Assembly (NCBI GenBank): GCA_051294375.1
Contig: CM119269.1
Coordinates: forward strand, 15,077,918-15,141,917
Direction of reading: 5' to 3'
Length of the DNA: 64,000 bases
From: Paraspadella gotoi
Taxonomy: Eukaryota > Animalia > Chaetognatha
Translations under genes and position numbers: made by a program
The notes under the pieces: generated by a model
The model's input: the letters and a program-made list of their open reading frames with translations, nothing else
Databases searched by the model: none
What the model was told of the DNA's origin: nothing
Part shown: piece by piece, positions 1 through 14,497 of the stretch
Layout: every line of letters begins with the position of its first letter
Position numbering within the stretch: position 1 is the stretch's first letter

Positions 1-3000
1 TCCTTTTACAGTTGACTCTTCTGCTCTTTCAGAAGAAGTTACTGGTTTGACTCCAGGTAGAGAATATAATGTTTCAATTATATCAAAATCAGGAACAGAT
101 AATAGCATTGAAACACAGAGTTCCATTCGTTGAATCCTAAGCCACCTGAAAAAATCACATTAACAAAGCTGTCAACAACATCTATTAGAGTCTCATGGAA
201 TAAGTCGGTCACAGATTTAGATTCATATGAAATCTCATTTACACCCAATGATCCATCAGGTCCTTTGACAGTTGACTCAGGTGCTCTTTCAAAGAAGTTA
301 CTGGTTTGACTCCAGGTAGAGAATATAATGTTTCAATTATATCAAAATCAGGAACAGAAAAAAGCATTGAAGCACAGAGTTCCATTCGTTTGAATCCTAT
401 ACCACCTGAAAACATCACATTAACAAAGCTGTCAACAACATCCATTAGAGTCTCATGGAACAAGTCCGTCACAGATTTAGATTCATATAAAATCTCATTT
501 ACACCCAATGATCCAGGAGTCCTTTTACAGTTGACTCTGGTGCTTCTTCAAAAGAAGTTTCTGGTTTGACTCCAGGTAGAGAATATAATTTTACAATTAT
601 ATCAAAATCAGGAATAGAAAATAGCATTGAAGCACAGAGTTCCATTCGTTTGAATCCTATACCACCTGAAAACATCACATTAACAAAGCTGTCAACAACA
701 TCCATTAGAGTCTCATGGAACAAGTCCGTCACAGATTTAGATTCATATAAAATCTCATTTACACCTAATGATCCATCAGGTCCTTTTACAGTTGACTCAG
801 GTGCTCTTTCAGAAAAAGTTACTGGTTTGAATCCAGGTAGAGAATATAATGTTTTCAATTATATCAAAATCAGGAACAGAAAATAGCATTGAAGCACAGA
901 GTTCCATTCGTTTGAATCCTATACCACCTAAAAACATCACATTAACAAAGCTGTCAACAACATCCATTAGAGTCTCATGGAACAAGTCCGTCACAGATTT
1001 AGATTCATATAAAATCTCATTTACACCTAATGATCCATCAGGTCCTTTTACAGTTGACTCAGGTGCTCTTTCAGAAGAAGTTACTGGTTTGACTCAGGTA
1101 GAGAATATAATGTTTCAATTATATCAAAATCAGGAACAGAAAAAAGCATTGAAGCACAGAGTTCCATTCATTTGAATCCTATACCACCTGAAAAACATCA
1201 CATTAACAAAGCTGTCAACAACATCCATTAGAGTCTCATGGAACAAGTCCGTCACAGATTTAGATTCATATAAAATCTCATTTACACCCAATGATCCAGG
1301 AGGTCCTTTTACAGTTGACTCTGGTGCTCTCTTCAAAAGAAGTTTCTGGTTTGACTCCAGGTAGAGAATATAATTTTACATTATATCAAAATCAGGAATA
1401 GAAATAGCATTGAAGCACAGAGTTCCATTCGTTTGAATCCTATACCACCTGAAAACATCACATTAACAAAGCTGTCAACAACATCCATTAGAGTCTCATG
1501 GAACAAGTCCGTCACAGATTTAGATTCATATAAAATCTCATTTACACCCAATGATCCAGGAGGTCCTTTTACAGTTGACTCTGGTGCTTCTTCAAAAGAA
1601 GTTTCTGGTTTGACTCCAGGTAGAGAATATAATGTTACAATTATATCAAAATCAGGAACAGAAAATAGCATTGAAGCACAGACTACCATTCGTTTGAATC
1701 CTAAGCCACCTGAAGAAGTCACATTGACAAAGCTTTCAACAACATCCATTAGAGTCTCATGGAATAAGTCGCTCACAGATTTAGATTCATATGAAATCTC
1801 ATTTACACCCAATGATCCATCAGGTCCTTTGACAGTTGACTCCGGTGCTTCTTCAAAGAAGTTTCTGTTTGATTCCAGTAAGAGAAATATAATGTTACAA
1901 TTATATCAAAATCAGGAACAGAAATAGCATTGAAGCACAGACTACCATTCGTTTGAATCCTAAGCCACCTCAAGAAGTCACATTGACAAAGCTTTCAACA
2001 ACATCCATTAGAGTCTCATGGAAACAGTCCATCACAGATTTAGATTCATAGAAATCTCATTTACACCCAATGATCCATCAGGTCCTTTACAGTTGACTCA
2101 GGTGCTCTTTCAAAAGAAGTTTTCTGGTTTGACTCCAGGTAGAGAATATAATGTTTCAATTATATCAAAATCAGGAACAGAAATAGCATTGAAGCACAGA
2201 GTTCCATTCGTTTGAATCCTATACCACCTGAAAACATCACATTAACAAAGCTGTCAACAACATCCATTAGAGTTTCATGGAACAAGCCTGTCACAATTTA
2301 GATTCATATGAAATCTCATTTACACCAATGATCCATCAGGTCCTTTTACAGTTGACTTCAGGTGCTCTTTCAAAAGAAGTTTCTGGTTTGACTCCAGGTA
2401 GAGAATATAATGTTTACAATTATATCAAAATCTGGAACAGAAAATAGCTTGAAGCACAAAGTTCCATTCGTTTGAATCCTAAGCCACCTGAAAACATCAC
2501 ATTGACAAACTGTCAACAACATCCATTAGAGTCTCATGGAAAAGTCCTCACAGATTTAGATTCATATGAAATCTCATTTACACCCAATGATCCATCAGGT
2601 CCTTTTACAGTTGACTCAGGTGCTCTTTCAGAAAAGTTTCTGGTTTGACTCCAGGTAGAGAATATAATGTTTCAATTATATCAAAATCAGGAACAGAATA
2701 ATAGCATTGAAACACAGATTCCATTCGTTTGAATCCTAACCACCTGAAAAAAATCACATTAACAAGCTGTCAACAACATCATTAGAGTCTCATGGAACAA
2801 GTCCGTCACAGATTTAGATTCATATGAAATCTCATTTACACCCAATGATCCATCAGGTCCTTTTACAGTTGACTCAGGTGCTCTTTCAGAAGAAGTTACT
2901 GGTTTGACTCCAGGTAGAGAATATAATGTTCAATTATATCAAAATCAGGAACAGAAAAAAGCATTGAAGCACAGAGTTCCATTCGTTTGAATCCTATACC

Positions 3001-6000
3001 ACCTGAAAACATCACATTAACAAAGCTGTCAACAACATCCATTTAGAGTCTCATGGAACAATCCGCACAGATTTAGATTCATATAAAATCTCATTTACAC
3101 CCAATGATCCAGAGGTCCTTTTACAGTTGACTCTGGTGCTTTCTTCCAAAAGAAGTTTCTGGTTTGACTCCAGGTAGAGAATATAATGTTACAATTATAT
3201 CAAAATCAGGAACAGAAAATAGCATTTGAAGCACAGACTACCATTCGTTTGAATCCTAAGCCACCTGAAGAGTCACATTGACAAAGCTTTCAACAACATC
3301 CATTAGAGTCTCATGGAATAAGTCGCTCACAGATTTAGATTCATATGAAATCTCATTTACACCCAATGATCCATCAGGTCCTTTGACAGTTGACTCCGGT
3401 GCTCTTCAAAAGAAGTTTCTGGTTTGAGTCCAGGTAGAGAATATAATGTTACAATTATAATCAAAATCAGGAACAGAAAATAGCATTGAAGCACAGAGAC
3501 TACCATTCGTTTGAATCCTAAGCCACCTGAAGAATCACATTGACAAAGCTGTCAACAACATCCATTAGAGTCTCATGGAAAAGTCCATCACAGATTTAAG
3601 ATTCATATGAAATCTTCATTTACACCCAATGATCCATCGAGGTCCTTTTACAGTTGACTCAGGTGCTCTTTCAAAAGAAGTTTCTGTTTGACTCCAGGTA
3701 GAGAATATAATGTTTCAATTATATCAAAATCAGGAACAGATAATAGCATTGAAGCACAGAGTTCCATTCGTTTGAATCCTAAGCCACCTTGAAAAACATC
3801 ACATTAACAAAGCTGTCAACAACATCATAGAGTCTTCATGGAACAAGTCCATGTCACATATTTAGATTCATATGAAATCTCATTTACACCTAATGATCCA
3901 TCAGGTCCTTTTACAGTTGACCACGGTGCTCATTTCAAAGAAGTTTCTGGTTTGACTCCAGGTAGAGAATATAATGTTTTCAATTAATATCAAAATTCAG
4001 GAACAGAAAATAGCATTGAAGCACAAAGTTCCATTCGTTTGAATCCTAAGCCACCTGAAAAATCACATTGACACAAGCTGTCAACAACATCATTAGAGTC
4101 TCACTGAGAACAAGTCCATCACCGATTTAGCGATTCTATATGAAATCTCATTTACACCCAATGATCCATCAGGTCCTTTTACAGTAACTCGAGCGTGCCT
4201 TTCAAAAGAAGTTTCTGGTTGACTCCCAGGTGAGAATATAATTAGTTTCAATTATATCAAAATCAGCATTACAGAAAATAGCATTCAAGCACAAGACTAC
4301 CAGTTCGTTGAATCCTAAGCCACCTGAAGAAGTCACTTGACAAAGCTTTCACAACATCCATTAGAGTCTCATGGAAAAGCCATCACAGATTTAGATTCAT
4401 ATTAAGAAATCTCATTTACACCCAATGATCCAGGTCAGGTCCTTTACAGTTGACTCAGGTGCTTCTTTCAAAAAAGAAGTCTGGTTTGACTCCAGGCTTA
4501 GAGAATATTTTATTTCAATTATATCAAAATCCAGCGACAGAAAATAGCATTTGAAGCACAATACCCATTCGTTGAATCCTATACCACCTGAAAACACATA
4601 GACTAAAGCTGTCAACAACAGCATTAGAGTCTCATGGAACAGTCCATGTCACAGATTTAGATTCATATGAAATCTCATTACACCCAATGAATCCATCAGG
4701 TCCTTTCTACAGTTGACTCGGGTGCTCTTTCAAAAGAAGTTTTCTGTTTGACTCCAGGTCGAGAATATAATGTTTCAAATTTTATCAAAATCAGGAAACA
4801 GGATAATAGCATTGAAGCACAGAGTTTCATTCGTTTAATCCATATAGCACCTGAAACAGTCACATTTGACAAAGCTTTCAACAACATCCATTAGAGTCTC
4901 ATGGAAATAAGTCAGTCACAGATTTAGATTCATATAAAATCCTCATTTACACCCAATGATCCAGAGCGTCCTTGTTCTAGTTGACTCAGGTGCTCTTTCA
5001 AAGAAGTTTCTGGTTGCTGACTCCAGGTCGAGAATATGATGTTTCATATAATCAAAATCAGGTACAGATAATAGCATTTGAAGCACAAAGTTCCATTCGT
5101 TTGAGGATCCTAAGCCACCTGAAAACATTACATTACAAAGCTGTACAACAAACATTCCACTTAGAGTCTCATGGAAAAGTCGCGTCACAGATTTAGAATT
5201 CATATGAAATCTCATTTACACCCAATGCATCCAGGCAGGTCCTTTACAGTTGACTTCAGGTGCTCTTTCAAAAGAAGTTCCTGCGTTGACTCCAGGGCTG
5301 AGAATATGATTTTTCAATTATATTCAAAATCAGGACAGAGGAAAATAGCATTAGAAGCACAGAAGTACTATTCGTTTTAAATCCTAAGCCCCGAGAAAAC
5401 ATCACATTGCAAAGCTGTCAACAACATCTATTAAGAGTCTCATGGAACGTCCATCACGATTTAGATTCATATGAAATCTCATTTACACCCAATTGTCCAG
5501 GAGGTCCTTTCAGTTAACTCAGCGTGCTCTTTCAAAAGAAGTTTCTGCTATCTCTCTCTGACCTAAATGCTCCAGGTAGAGAATATAATGTTTCAATTAT
5601 ATCAAAATCTGGAACAGAAAATAGCGTTGAAGCACAAAGTTCCATTCGTTTGAATCCTAAGCCACCTGAAAACATCACATTGACAAAGCTGTCAACAACA
5701 TCCATTAGAGTCTCCTGGAACAAGTCCATCACCGATTTCGATTTATATGAAATCTCATTTACACCCAATGATCCATCAGGTCCTTTACTTTTTATTGCAC
5801 TGATGAAGAATTGAACAATTTCGAAACATGTTTCTGCTCATAAATAAATAAATTCGTATTGGAAAAATCATAAAATTTTTTTTTCTAAATCTTTTACCAA
5901 CGGAACAAAGGAAACTACAAACACATTAGTTGAAATTATAAAAAAAAATTTTAGGCTTTTTGTGATTGAAGACTTTGTTTATATTTCGCGAACTTAATCA

Positions 6001-9000
6001 TCTTGGGATCGACTATAAAATTTCAACCAACTTTAACGTGTAAAGGAAGAATCATCAACATCCGTTTCTTGCTACATGGAATATCCAAGTGAAAACATAT
6101 CAAATTATCATATATTCATTGAGCCTGCTGATATTACAAGTTCCGAAAGTAGTTGGAAAGCAATAAACATTTATTCGATACAAAACTTGATATCTGGCCG
6201 AAATTTATAACATTTCTTTACAATATAAATGTGTGACGAAAAAATGAAACCAAAACTAAGAGCGTAATTCGTGAAAAAAAATAAGCATTACCTTTCTCCA
6301 CACCGACCAGAAAAATTTAAGAATTGACGAAACTGTCAACGACTTCTATTAGAGTCTCGTGGGAGAAACCCTGATTTCTACAGATCCTAAATCAATCATA
6401 TAAAATCTCATTTACACCCAATGATCAGGAGTCCTTTACAGTTGCTCAGGTGCTCTTTCAGAAGAAGTTTTCTGTGTGGTTTGACTCCATGGTAGAGAAT
6501 ATAATGTTTCAAATTAATATCAAATCAGGAACATGAAATANNNNNNNNNNNNNNNNNNNNNNNNNTTTTCAGTTTAACTCAGGTGCCTTTCAGAAGAGCT
6601 TTCTGGTTGACTCCAGGTAGAGAATATAGATTATTTCAATTATATCAAAATCAGGACAAGCAGAGAAAATAGGCATTGAAGGTCACAGATCTCCATTCGT
6701 GTTGAAATCCTAAGCCACCTGATAGACATCACTTACAAAGCTGTTCACAACATCCTTAGAGTCTCATCGGAGAACAGTCATCAGAGTTTAAGATTCATTA
6801 TAAATCTCATTTACACCCAATGATCCATACAGTCCTTTTACAGTTGACTCAGGTGCTCTTTCAGAAAGAAGTTTCTGGTTTGAATCCAGGTACGAGAATA
6901 TTTTTTTCAAATTATATCAAAATCAGGAACAGAAAATAGCATTGAAGAACAGATACCATTCGTTTGAATCCTATACCACCTGAAAACATAAATTAACAAA
7001 GCTGTCACAAACATCCATTAGAGTCTTCATGGAACAAGTCCGTCACAGATTTAGATTCATATAAAATCTCATTTACCACATGATTCCATCAGGTCCTTTA
7101 CAGTTGACTCAGGTGCTCTTTCAGAAAAAAGTTTCTAAGTTTGACTCCAGGTAAGAGAATATAAGTTTCAATTATATATCAAAATCAGGAACAGAAAATA
7201 GCATTGAAGCACAGAGTACCATTCGTTTGAATCCTAAGCACTCTGAAGAATCACTTACAAAGCCTTTCAAAACAAAATCCATTAGATCTCAATGGAAAAA
7301 GTCGCATCACAGATTTAAATTCATATAAAATCTCATTTACACCTCAATGATCCAGGAGGTCCTTTCAGTTGACTCAGGTGCTCTTTCAAAAGAAGTTTCT
7401 GGTTTGACTCCAGAGTGAGAAATAATGTTTCAATTATATCAAAATCAGGACAGAAAATAGCATTGAAGCACAAGTCCATTCGTTTGAATCCTAAGCCACC
7501 TGAAGAATTCACTTGGCAAAGCTTCAACAACATCCATTAGAGTCTCATGGAAAAGTCCGTTCACAGATTTAATTCATATGAAATCTCATTTACACCCAAT
7601 GATCCAAGGTCTTTAGCAGTTGACTCAGGTGCTTTTTCGAAAAGAAGTTCTGGTTTGACTCCAGGTAGAGAATATATGTATTTCAATTATATCAAAATCA
7701 GGAAACAGAAAATAGCAATGAAAGCACAAAGTTTCCATTCGTTTGAATCCTAAGCCCCAGAAAAACATCACATTACAAAGCTGTCAACAACATCCATTAG
7801 AGTCTCCATGGAACAGTCATCACCGATTTTGATTCATATGAAATCTCATTTACACCAATGATGCCATCAGGTCCTTTTTCAGTTGACTCAGGTGCTCTTT
7901 CAGAAAGAAGTTTCTGTTTGATACCAGGTGAGAAATATGATTTTCAATTATATCAAAATCAGGAACAGATAATAGCAATTGAAACACAGAATCCATTCGT
8001 TTGAATCCTAAGCCACCTGAAAATCACATTACAAAGCTGTCAACAACATCCATTAGAGTCTCATGAAAACAAGTCCATCACAGATTTAGATTCATAATGA
8101 ATACTCATTAACACCCAATGATCCATCAGGTCCTTTTACAGTTGACTCGGTGCTCTTTCAAGAAGTTTCTGGTTTGACTCCAGGTGAGAATATAATGTTT
8201 CAATTATATCAAATCAGAACAGAAAAATAGCATTGAGCAACAAAGTACCATTCGTTTGAATCCTAAGCCACCTGAAAATCACTTTACAAAGCTTTCAACA
8301 ACATCCATTAGAGTCTCATGGAAAAAAGTCCTCACAGATTTAGATTCATATAAATCTCATTTACACCCATGATCCAAGGTCCTTTTACAGTTAACTCAGG
8401 TGCTCTTTCAAAGAAGTTCTGTTTGACTCCAGGTGAGAATATATGTTCAATTATATCAAAATCAGGACAGAAAATAGCATTAAAGCACAGAGTTCCATTC
8501 GTTTGAATCCTATACCACCTGAAAACATACATTCAAGCTGTCAACAACATCCATTAGAGTCTCATGGAACAAGTCCGTCACAGATTTAGATTCATATAGA
8601 AATCTCATTTACACCAATGATCCAGAGTCTTTTACAGTTGACTCAGTGCTTCTTTCAAAAGAAGTTCTGGTTTGACTCCAGGTAGAGAATATATAATTTC
8701 AATTTATATCAAAATCAGGAACAGAAAATAGCATTGAAGCACAGATACCATTCGTTTGAATCCTATACCACCTGAAACATCACATTACAAAGTTCACAAC
8801 ATCCATTAAGTCTCATGGAAAAGTCCCATCACAGATTTATAATTCATATAATCTCATTACACCAATGATCGCATCAGGTCCTTTTACAGTTGACTCGGTG
8901 CTCTTCAAAGAAGTTTCTGGTTTGACTCCAGGTTGAGAATATAATGTTTCAATTATATCAAAATCAGGAACAGAAATAGCATTGAAGCACAGAGTTCCAT

Positions 9001-9950
9001 TCGTTTGAATCCTAACCACCTGAAAACATCACATTAACAAAAGCTGTCAACAACATCCATTAGAGTCTCATGGAAAGTCCGTCACAGATTTAGATTCATA
9101 TAAATCTCATTTACACCCTAATGATCCATCAGGTCCTTTTACAGTTGACTCAGGTGCTCTTTCAAAAGAAGTTCTGGTTTGACTCCAGGTTGAGAATATA
9201 ATGTTTCAATTATATCAAAATCAGGAACAGAAATAAGCATTGAAGCACAGAGTTCCATTCGTTTGAATCCTATACCACCGAAACATCACATTAACAAAGC
9301 TGTCAACACATCCATTAGAGTCTCATGGAAAAGTCGTCACAGATTTAGATTCATATAAATCTCATTACACCCAAGATCCAAGAGGTCCTTTTACAGTTGA
9401 CTTCAGGTGCTCTTTTCAAAAGAAAGTTTCTGGTTTGCTCCAGGTGAGAATATAATGTTTCAATTATATCAAAATCAGGAAAGAAAAATAGCATTGAAGC
9501 ACAGATACATTCGTTTTAATCCTAAGCCACCTGAAGAACTCACATTGCAAAGCTTCAACAACATCATTAGAGTCTCATGGAAACAGTCCATCACAGATTT
9601 GATTCATATGAAATCTCATTTACACCAATGATCCATCGAGGTCCTTTTACAGTTGACTCGTGCTCTTATCAGAAGAAGTTTCTGGTTTGATCCAGGTCAG
9701 AGAATATAATGTTCAATTATTCAAAATCAGGAATACTGAAATAGCATTGATAGCACGATACATTCGTTTGAATCCTACCACCCTGAACATACATTTAGAC
9801 TGAACTGTCAACACATCATTAGAGGTCTTCTGGAACAAGTCCTGTCTGCAGATTTAGATTCATATTAAAATATCATTTTCCTGCAATGATCCTATGGTCC
9901 TTTTACAGTTTGACTCATGTGCTATGTCAGATAAGAAAGGTTACTAGAAG
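1..9950 (+). repeat. Coding tandem array of ~261-bp (87-aa) fibronectin type III units, RPTP ectodomain, copy 1 (~36 units, interrupted at ~5790-6330 and by an N gap)
   Basis: Repeating unit translates to PPENITLTKLSTTSIRVSWNKSVTDLDSYKISFTPNDPSGPFTVDSGALSKEVSGLTPGREYNVSIISKSGTENSIEAQSSIRLN, with FN3 hallmarks SW, Y and L-x-P-G-x-x-Y. Many single-base indels break the frame. Unit count is estimated from length/261. Confidence 0.95.
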
Positions 9951-12900
9951 TTTGACTTCAGGAAGAGTATATATAATGTAATCACTGGATGATATACAAA
10001 ATCGGAAACTAAGAAAAGTCTTGAAATTGTTGTTTAATTAAGTCTTACTCATCCAGATCCACCTAAAAATTGAGTTATATCAAAGATTCAACCGACATCA
10101 GTCACTTTTATCATTGGGGTAACCATAGCTGGATAGACTTTTTCATATAAAATTGCATACCTGGTAACCTGACTATTATTTTGGATTCTTCCATTTTCTA
10201 TAAGCAGCCTTTGAAAGTAATAAAACGATATAGAGTTTTTTATGCTGGGCCGTCAGATATATCATAGTGCTATCATATCGCTATCTCAATCTAAAGCAAA
10301 ATGTTGCATATTCATAGACAGTTCGTCTAAATCTCATCCACCAATTAGTTTTTGCGAGAGTACAAGAAATCAGTTTCTTCCCGTGTCTCTCTTATATCTT
10401 GGGTTCTCCTACAAAGATGACCTTCTATACTTCTTACTCTTACTGTCTCATCTGAGCCTCAGCGATGTTATCATTGCCTATTGCAATCGACAAAACGAAT
10501 CAATAAGTAAGAGTTATATAGATCCAACCTCATGCCCTGGAAGACGATATACTATTCAGATGATGGCCGAATTTCCTTTAACGGAAAAAAAGCAATCGAA
10601 ACCAATGTTTTCAATCAGACTCGATCCCTCTGCCTCCGATCAATCTCACGGCGATCCCTCGTCCCCTCGTCATTTCGCATGCGCTTGGTTCGCTTCCTAG
10701 AAGCATCGTCTCTTTCTTTCACATTCCGTCAACCATCCTCTCGTCTCCCCTTCCCGATTTCGATCTAGCGCCATTCGCCGAATCTCGTTAGATAATTGTT
10801 CCCGATTTTAATCTCCCCGGATCGACTTACTTTGTCGAGGCGATCTCTCTGAGCGAGAAATGAAAAGTCAGCAAGTTTGGTACTTCATTTATCACTGTTG
10901 ATTTTGATACACCGATTCCTCCACTCGGGAACCATTTTGACTGACAAGTCGACCAAATCTTTCAATGTCCTCGTGGACGCGTTCCGAGAGGAGTCTCGGC
11001 CGGGTCGAGATCTCTCTCGATCTATCACGATTGAGAGAGATCAAAGTGGAGACGGACTTTCGAGGCAGATGATCTCTTCGCGAACTCCAGGAGTAGACTA
11101 CCTCGTCTCCGTCCATCGCCTCACCGACAGAAACAAAACCCGGTGAATTGGGTTAATCAGACATTCGCCTATTACCAACGGCGGAGATTCGACGGGGATT
11201 TCAAAGTAACCCACCTTCCAGCAGCAAACATCTTTCCTCTGGCGAGTTGGATCGAAGCCCGAAGGCCGTATTTCCGCATCAAACGTCTTTTACTCTACCA
11301 AGGGCGAGACTCCCCTCCCAGAGACGATCGCGCCGAACGGGCCCCTAATCCCACACTTTCGATGGCCTCCGTCGCCGCGGATCTCTTCGGACGCATCTGG
11401 GCAATAACGCTGATCCCCTAAACGACGATCAAGCGCCCCGCGTCTCCGAACGACATATAGCCTCCAGCCGATCCTATCAAACGTCTACCCGCCGTACGCC
11501 CATCGACGTTAGAGCAGACACTTCGTTTCGAATTTCATTCGCCGCCCAAGAGTCGGGAGACTTCAACCATAGTGAGATGCGGTGGCGAGCGCGAGCGAAG
11601 ACGATCGTCGGGATGCGGAGCGGCGAAGGAACGGACGACGAACGCTTCGAGCGAAACTTCGTAGATTTGAAAACCGAAACGGACTACGTCCTTTCTACTG
11701 ACCGTTGTCTCAGCGAGCGAACCGCGCGAACAAAGTCCGAAGAGACGAGCTCAACGCGGTCGACGAAAATCGGCGATACCGCCGTCCGGTCAATCCCCGA
11801 CATCGTACATAGACGCTTCACGGCGGAGAGTCAAAGCACTACCACATTCGATTTTCGATGTCGATATAGCACAACTGGTTTAGAGGAGAATCACGGGTCG
11901 TCAACGATTTCGCCGTCATTCGGTTGTGGAGATGTGGGAAAGGAGACCATTGTCCCGAGGTTATTTTCTTCTTGAGTTTATAGTATGTATTTTTGTCGTT
12001 TTTGATTGAATCTGAATTGTTTGAACATCGATTAGATTCTTCTATTGGTAAAAGGTCTAGATTTTGGGATATTTTGATTTTTTGATTAAATGATTGTTGA
12101 TTTACAGTATCAACGTATAGTTTTGCATTATTTTGATATATATCATTAATTATAATTATTGTTCCTTAATTGTAATTTTTGTACTTCTTATTTTTTCTAG
12201 TTATTATTTTTAACTTATTCCATAATCATAATATATGGATGCTAGTAAGGCGGAAGTAACTAATAAGTTATTCCCCAATCTAATTACTTAAGGGAGTCGT
12301 CTTTTCACAATTGATTATACATTTGAATATTTTCCAACTTCATTGATAAGGGAAGCTCACAGTACTCTGGAGTGAATAAACGAGACTGTGAAAGAGTCTT
12401 GGATTGAAAGCTTGCAGGGACCTGCTATGTCATTATCTTGTAAGAGTGATGGAGGCCTTAACCACCAAAGCCTGTCCAAAGTCAGGGGCAAAGATAAGCT
12501 TATTTATTAAATGAAATGGATAATTTTTTATATTGGTTGTACCAATTTTATAGAATGAATCTCATTAATCCTATACTGTTATGTACGTACCCTCATTCTA
12601 GTAGGTTCTTTCGTATCGAAAAGGCGAAAGAAGGTTTCGACAGAAACGGCGAGTGGTGTCCTTTACTACGCTATTCGTCTCAACACACTGTGCCATCCCC
12701 GTCCCGGCGACGCCGACGCCAACAGATTTCAGCCGTCGCAAGTCGGCACCGACAACCGAAAGAAGTAGCTGCAGGGTGACGTAGTTTTGCAACCGGCCGC
12801 TCCGTCCGGGTCGCCCCTAGAGCTTCAAGACGCGCGGTTACAACTCAACTCGGCGAATCCCAGTTCGCCGACACGGCATTTTCGCCCCGATTTCGACCAA

Positions 12901-14463
12901 AGCCCTTTCCCCGGACGTTGGCGAGGGGGGAGGAGGAGCAAAGGTGGGAGCGTGGGAGTAGGAAGGAATGTGGGTGGGAGAAATGCTTAAGCGTGAATGA
13001 ATTATGTCATTGCATTCTTCGAGTTTTAAGTTTGACGACGCCTTCTAAAAAAAATCCTCGAGATGATATAAAATAATCAATATACCGGCGTAACAGTCCT
13101 GTGCAAAAAAACGCGCCACTTTATTTCAGACTTTAAAAGTCACCCTATATACTTATATAATATATATTTATAAAAATTTAAAAAAGTTGATTTAAAGTTT
13201 ATTGAAAGATGGTAAGTTTAGCATAAATTTTATTAAAATTGAGGCCAACTATTTGGAGCAAGGATTTTTTTTTAATGAAGTAACTGGCTAACTAAACTGA
13301 CTAACTAACAAATTCTCCCTAGAAAATGAATCGTCTGTAATAAAACCTTACCCTCTCAAGGACACCATCGTGGTGACGATGGAGAAACGCGGCCACACGC
13401 GCTTCGACGTTATCGGTCGTCCAATTTAATTGGAGAAGGAGAACGTCCAAGAAGATAAAGCAAGAAGAACACTTCCGACTCCGTCACTTTCATTTCGTCG
13501 AACTCTTGGAGAACACCGAGTAGGCGTCGACGCTGTAGCCTACACTAAAGGGTAAGTCTGTTGCTTATTTCCATCGGTTCTTTCTTATTTCCTTTTCTTC
13601 TATTTTTTCTAACTTCCCTTTTTTTTAATCAGCAAGAGATTTTCTATAAACATTTGCAATCAATTCATACTTGAAAATCATTGGTGAAAATTTTTTTTTT
13701 AAAAAATTCTTTTATTTGATTGATTGATAGACTGATGATTCCTTCGATAATAATTCGAGATGATTCATTGATTGAAATTGCCCCGCCAATGTTTAGTTTC
13801 GCTGTTTTTGACAATGTTTTAAAAAGTTGGTTGTTGTTTTTGTAGTTGCCTCTTTTTGCCGGTTGCTTAAAATGACGTCCCCAAAAACAACAACAACGAC
13901 TCTCTTACCTCTCCAACTCAAGGCGCCAACAGCGACACGGCGACAATCATTGTGATCACGACGAACCACGACACGCCGGTAATATCGCTGGTTGTCGTCA
14001 TCCTTTTTCTGCTCCTCATCGTCGTCCTCGTCGGTGTTTCTCTGGTGGAAGAGAAGATCGAATCTGGACGAGTGGCAGAAGGGGAAGGATGCGTCGGCGG
14101 GCGGCGAAATGAAGGAGGAGGAACCCGTCGTCGCGCCGGGGCTGCTGGTGCCCGCCGAAGCAGGCGCCGAGGCGTCGCCGAGGCCGTCGCGAAGCCATCG
14201 CCTGTATCAACAAGGGAGCGCCGCACCACGGTCCGCGAAAATCGCGGGCGAGTTTACCAATCCATCAAACTGGTTGACTTTGAGAAATCACGTAACGACG
14301 ATGAAGAGAAATTCGTCGCTGCTTTTCTCTCAAGAGTTCGAGATTTGAAAACGTCCCGTTGGAAAGGAGGCAGGAGACGGAAGTGTCCAAGAATGGTAAA
14401 TGAATAAGCGCGATAAACAGGCGAGAAGTCGGGGGAGCGGGAGGGAGCGGGAAGTGAAGGATC

Positions 14464-14497
<34 letters not shown>

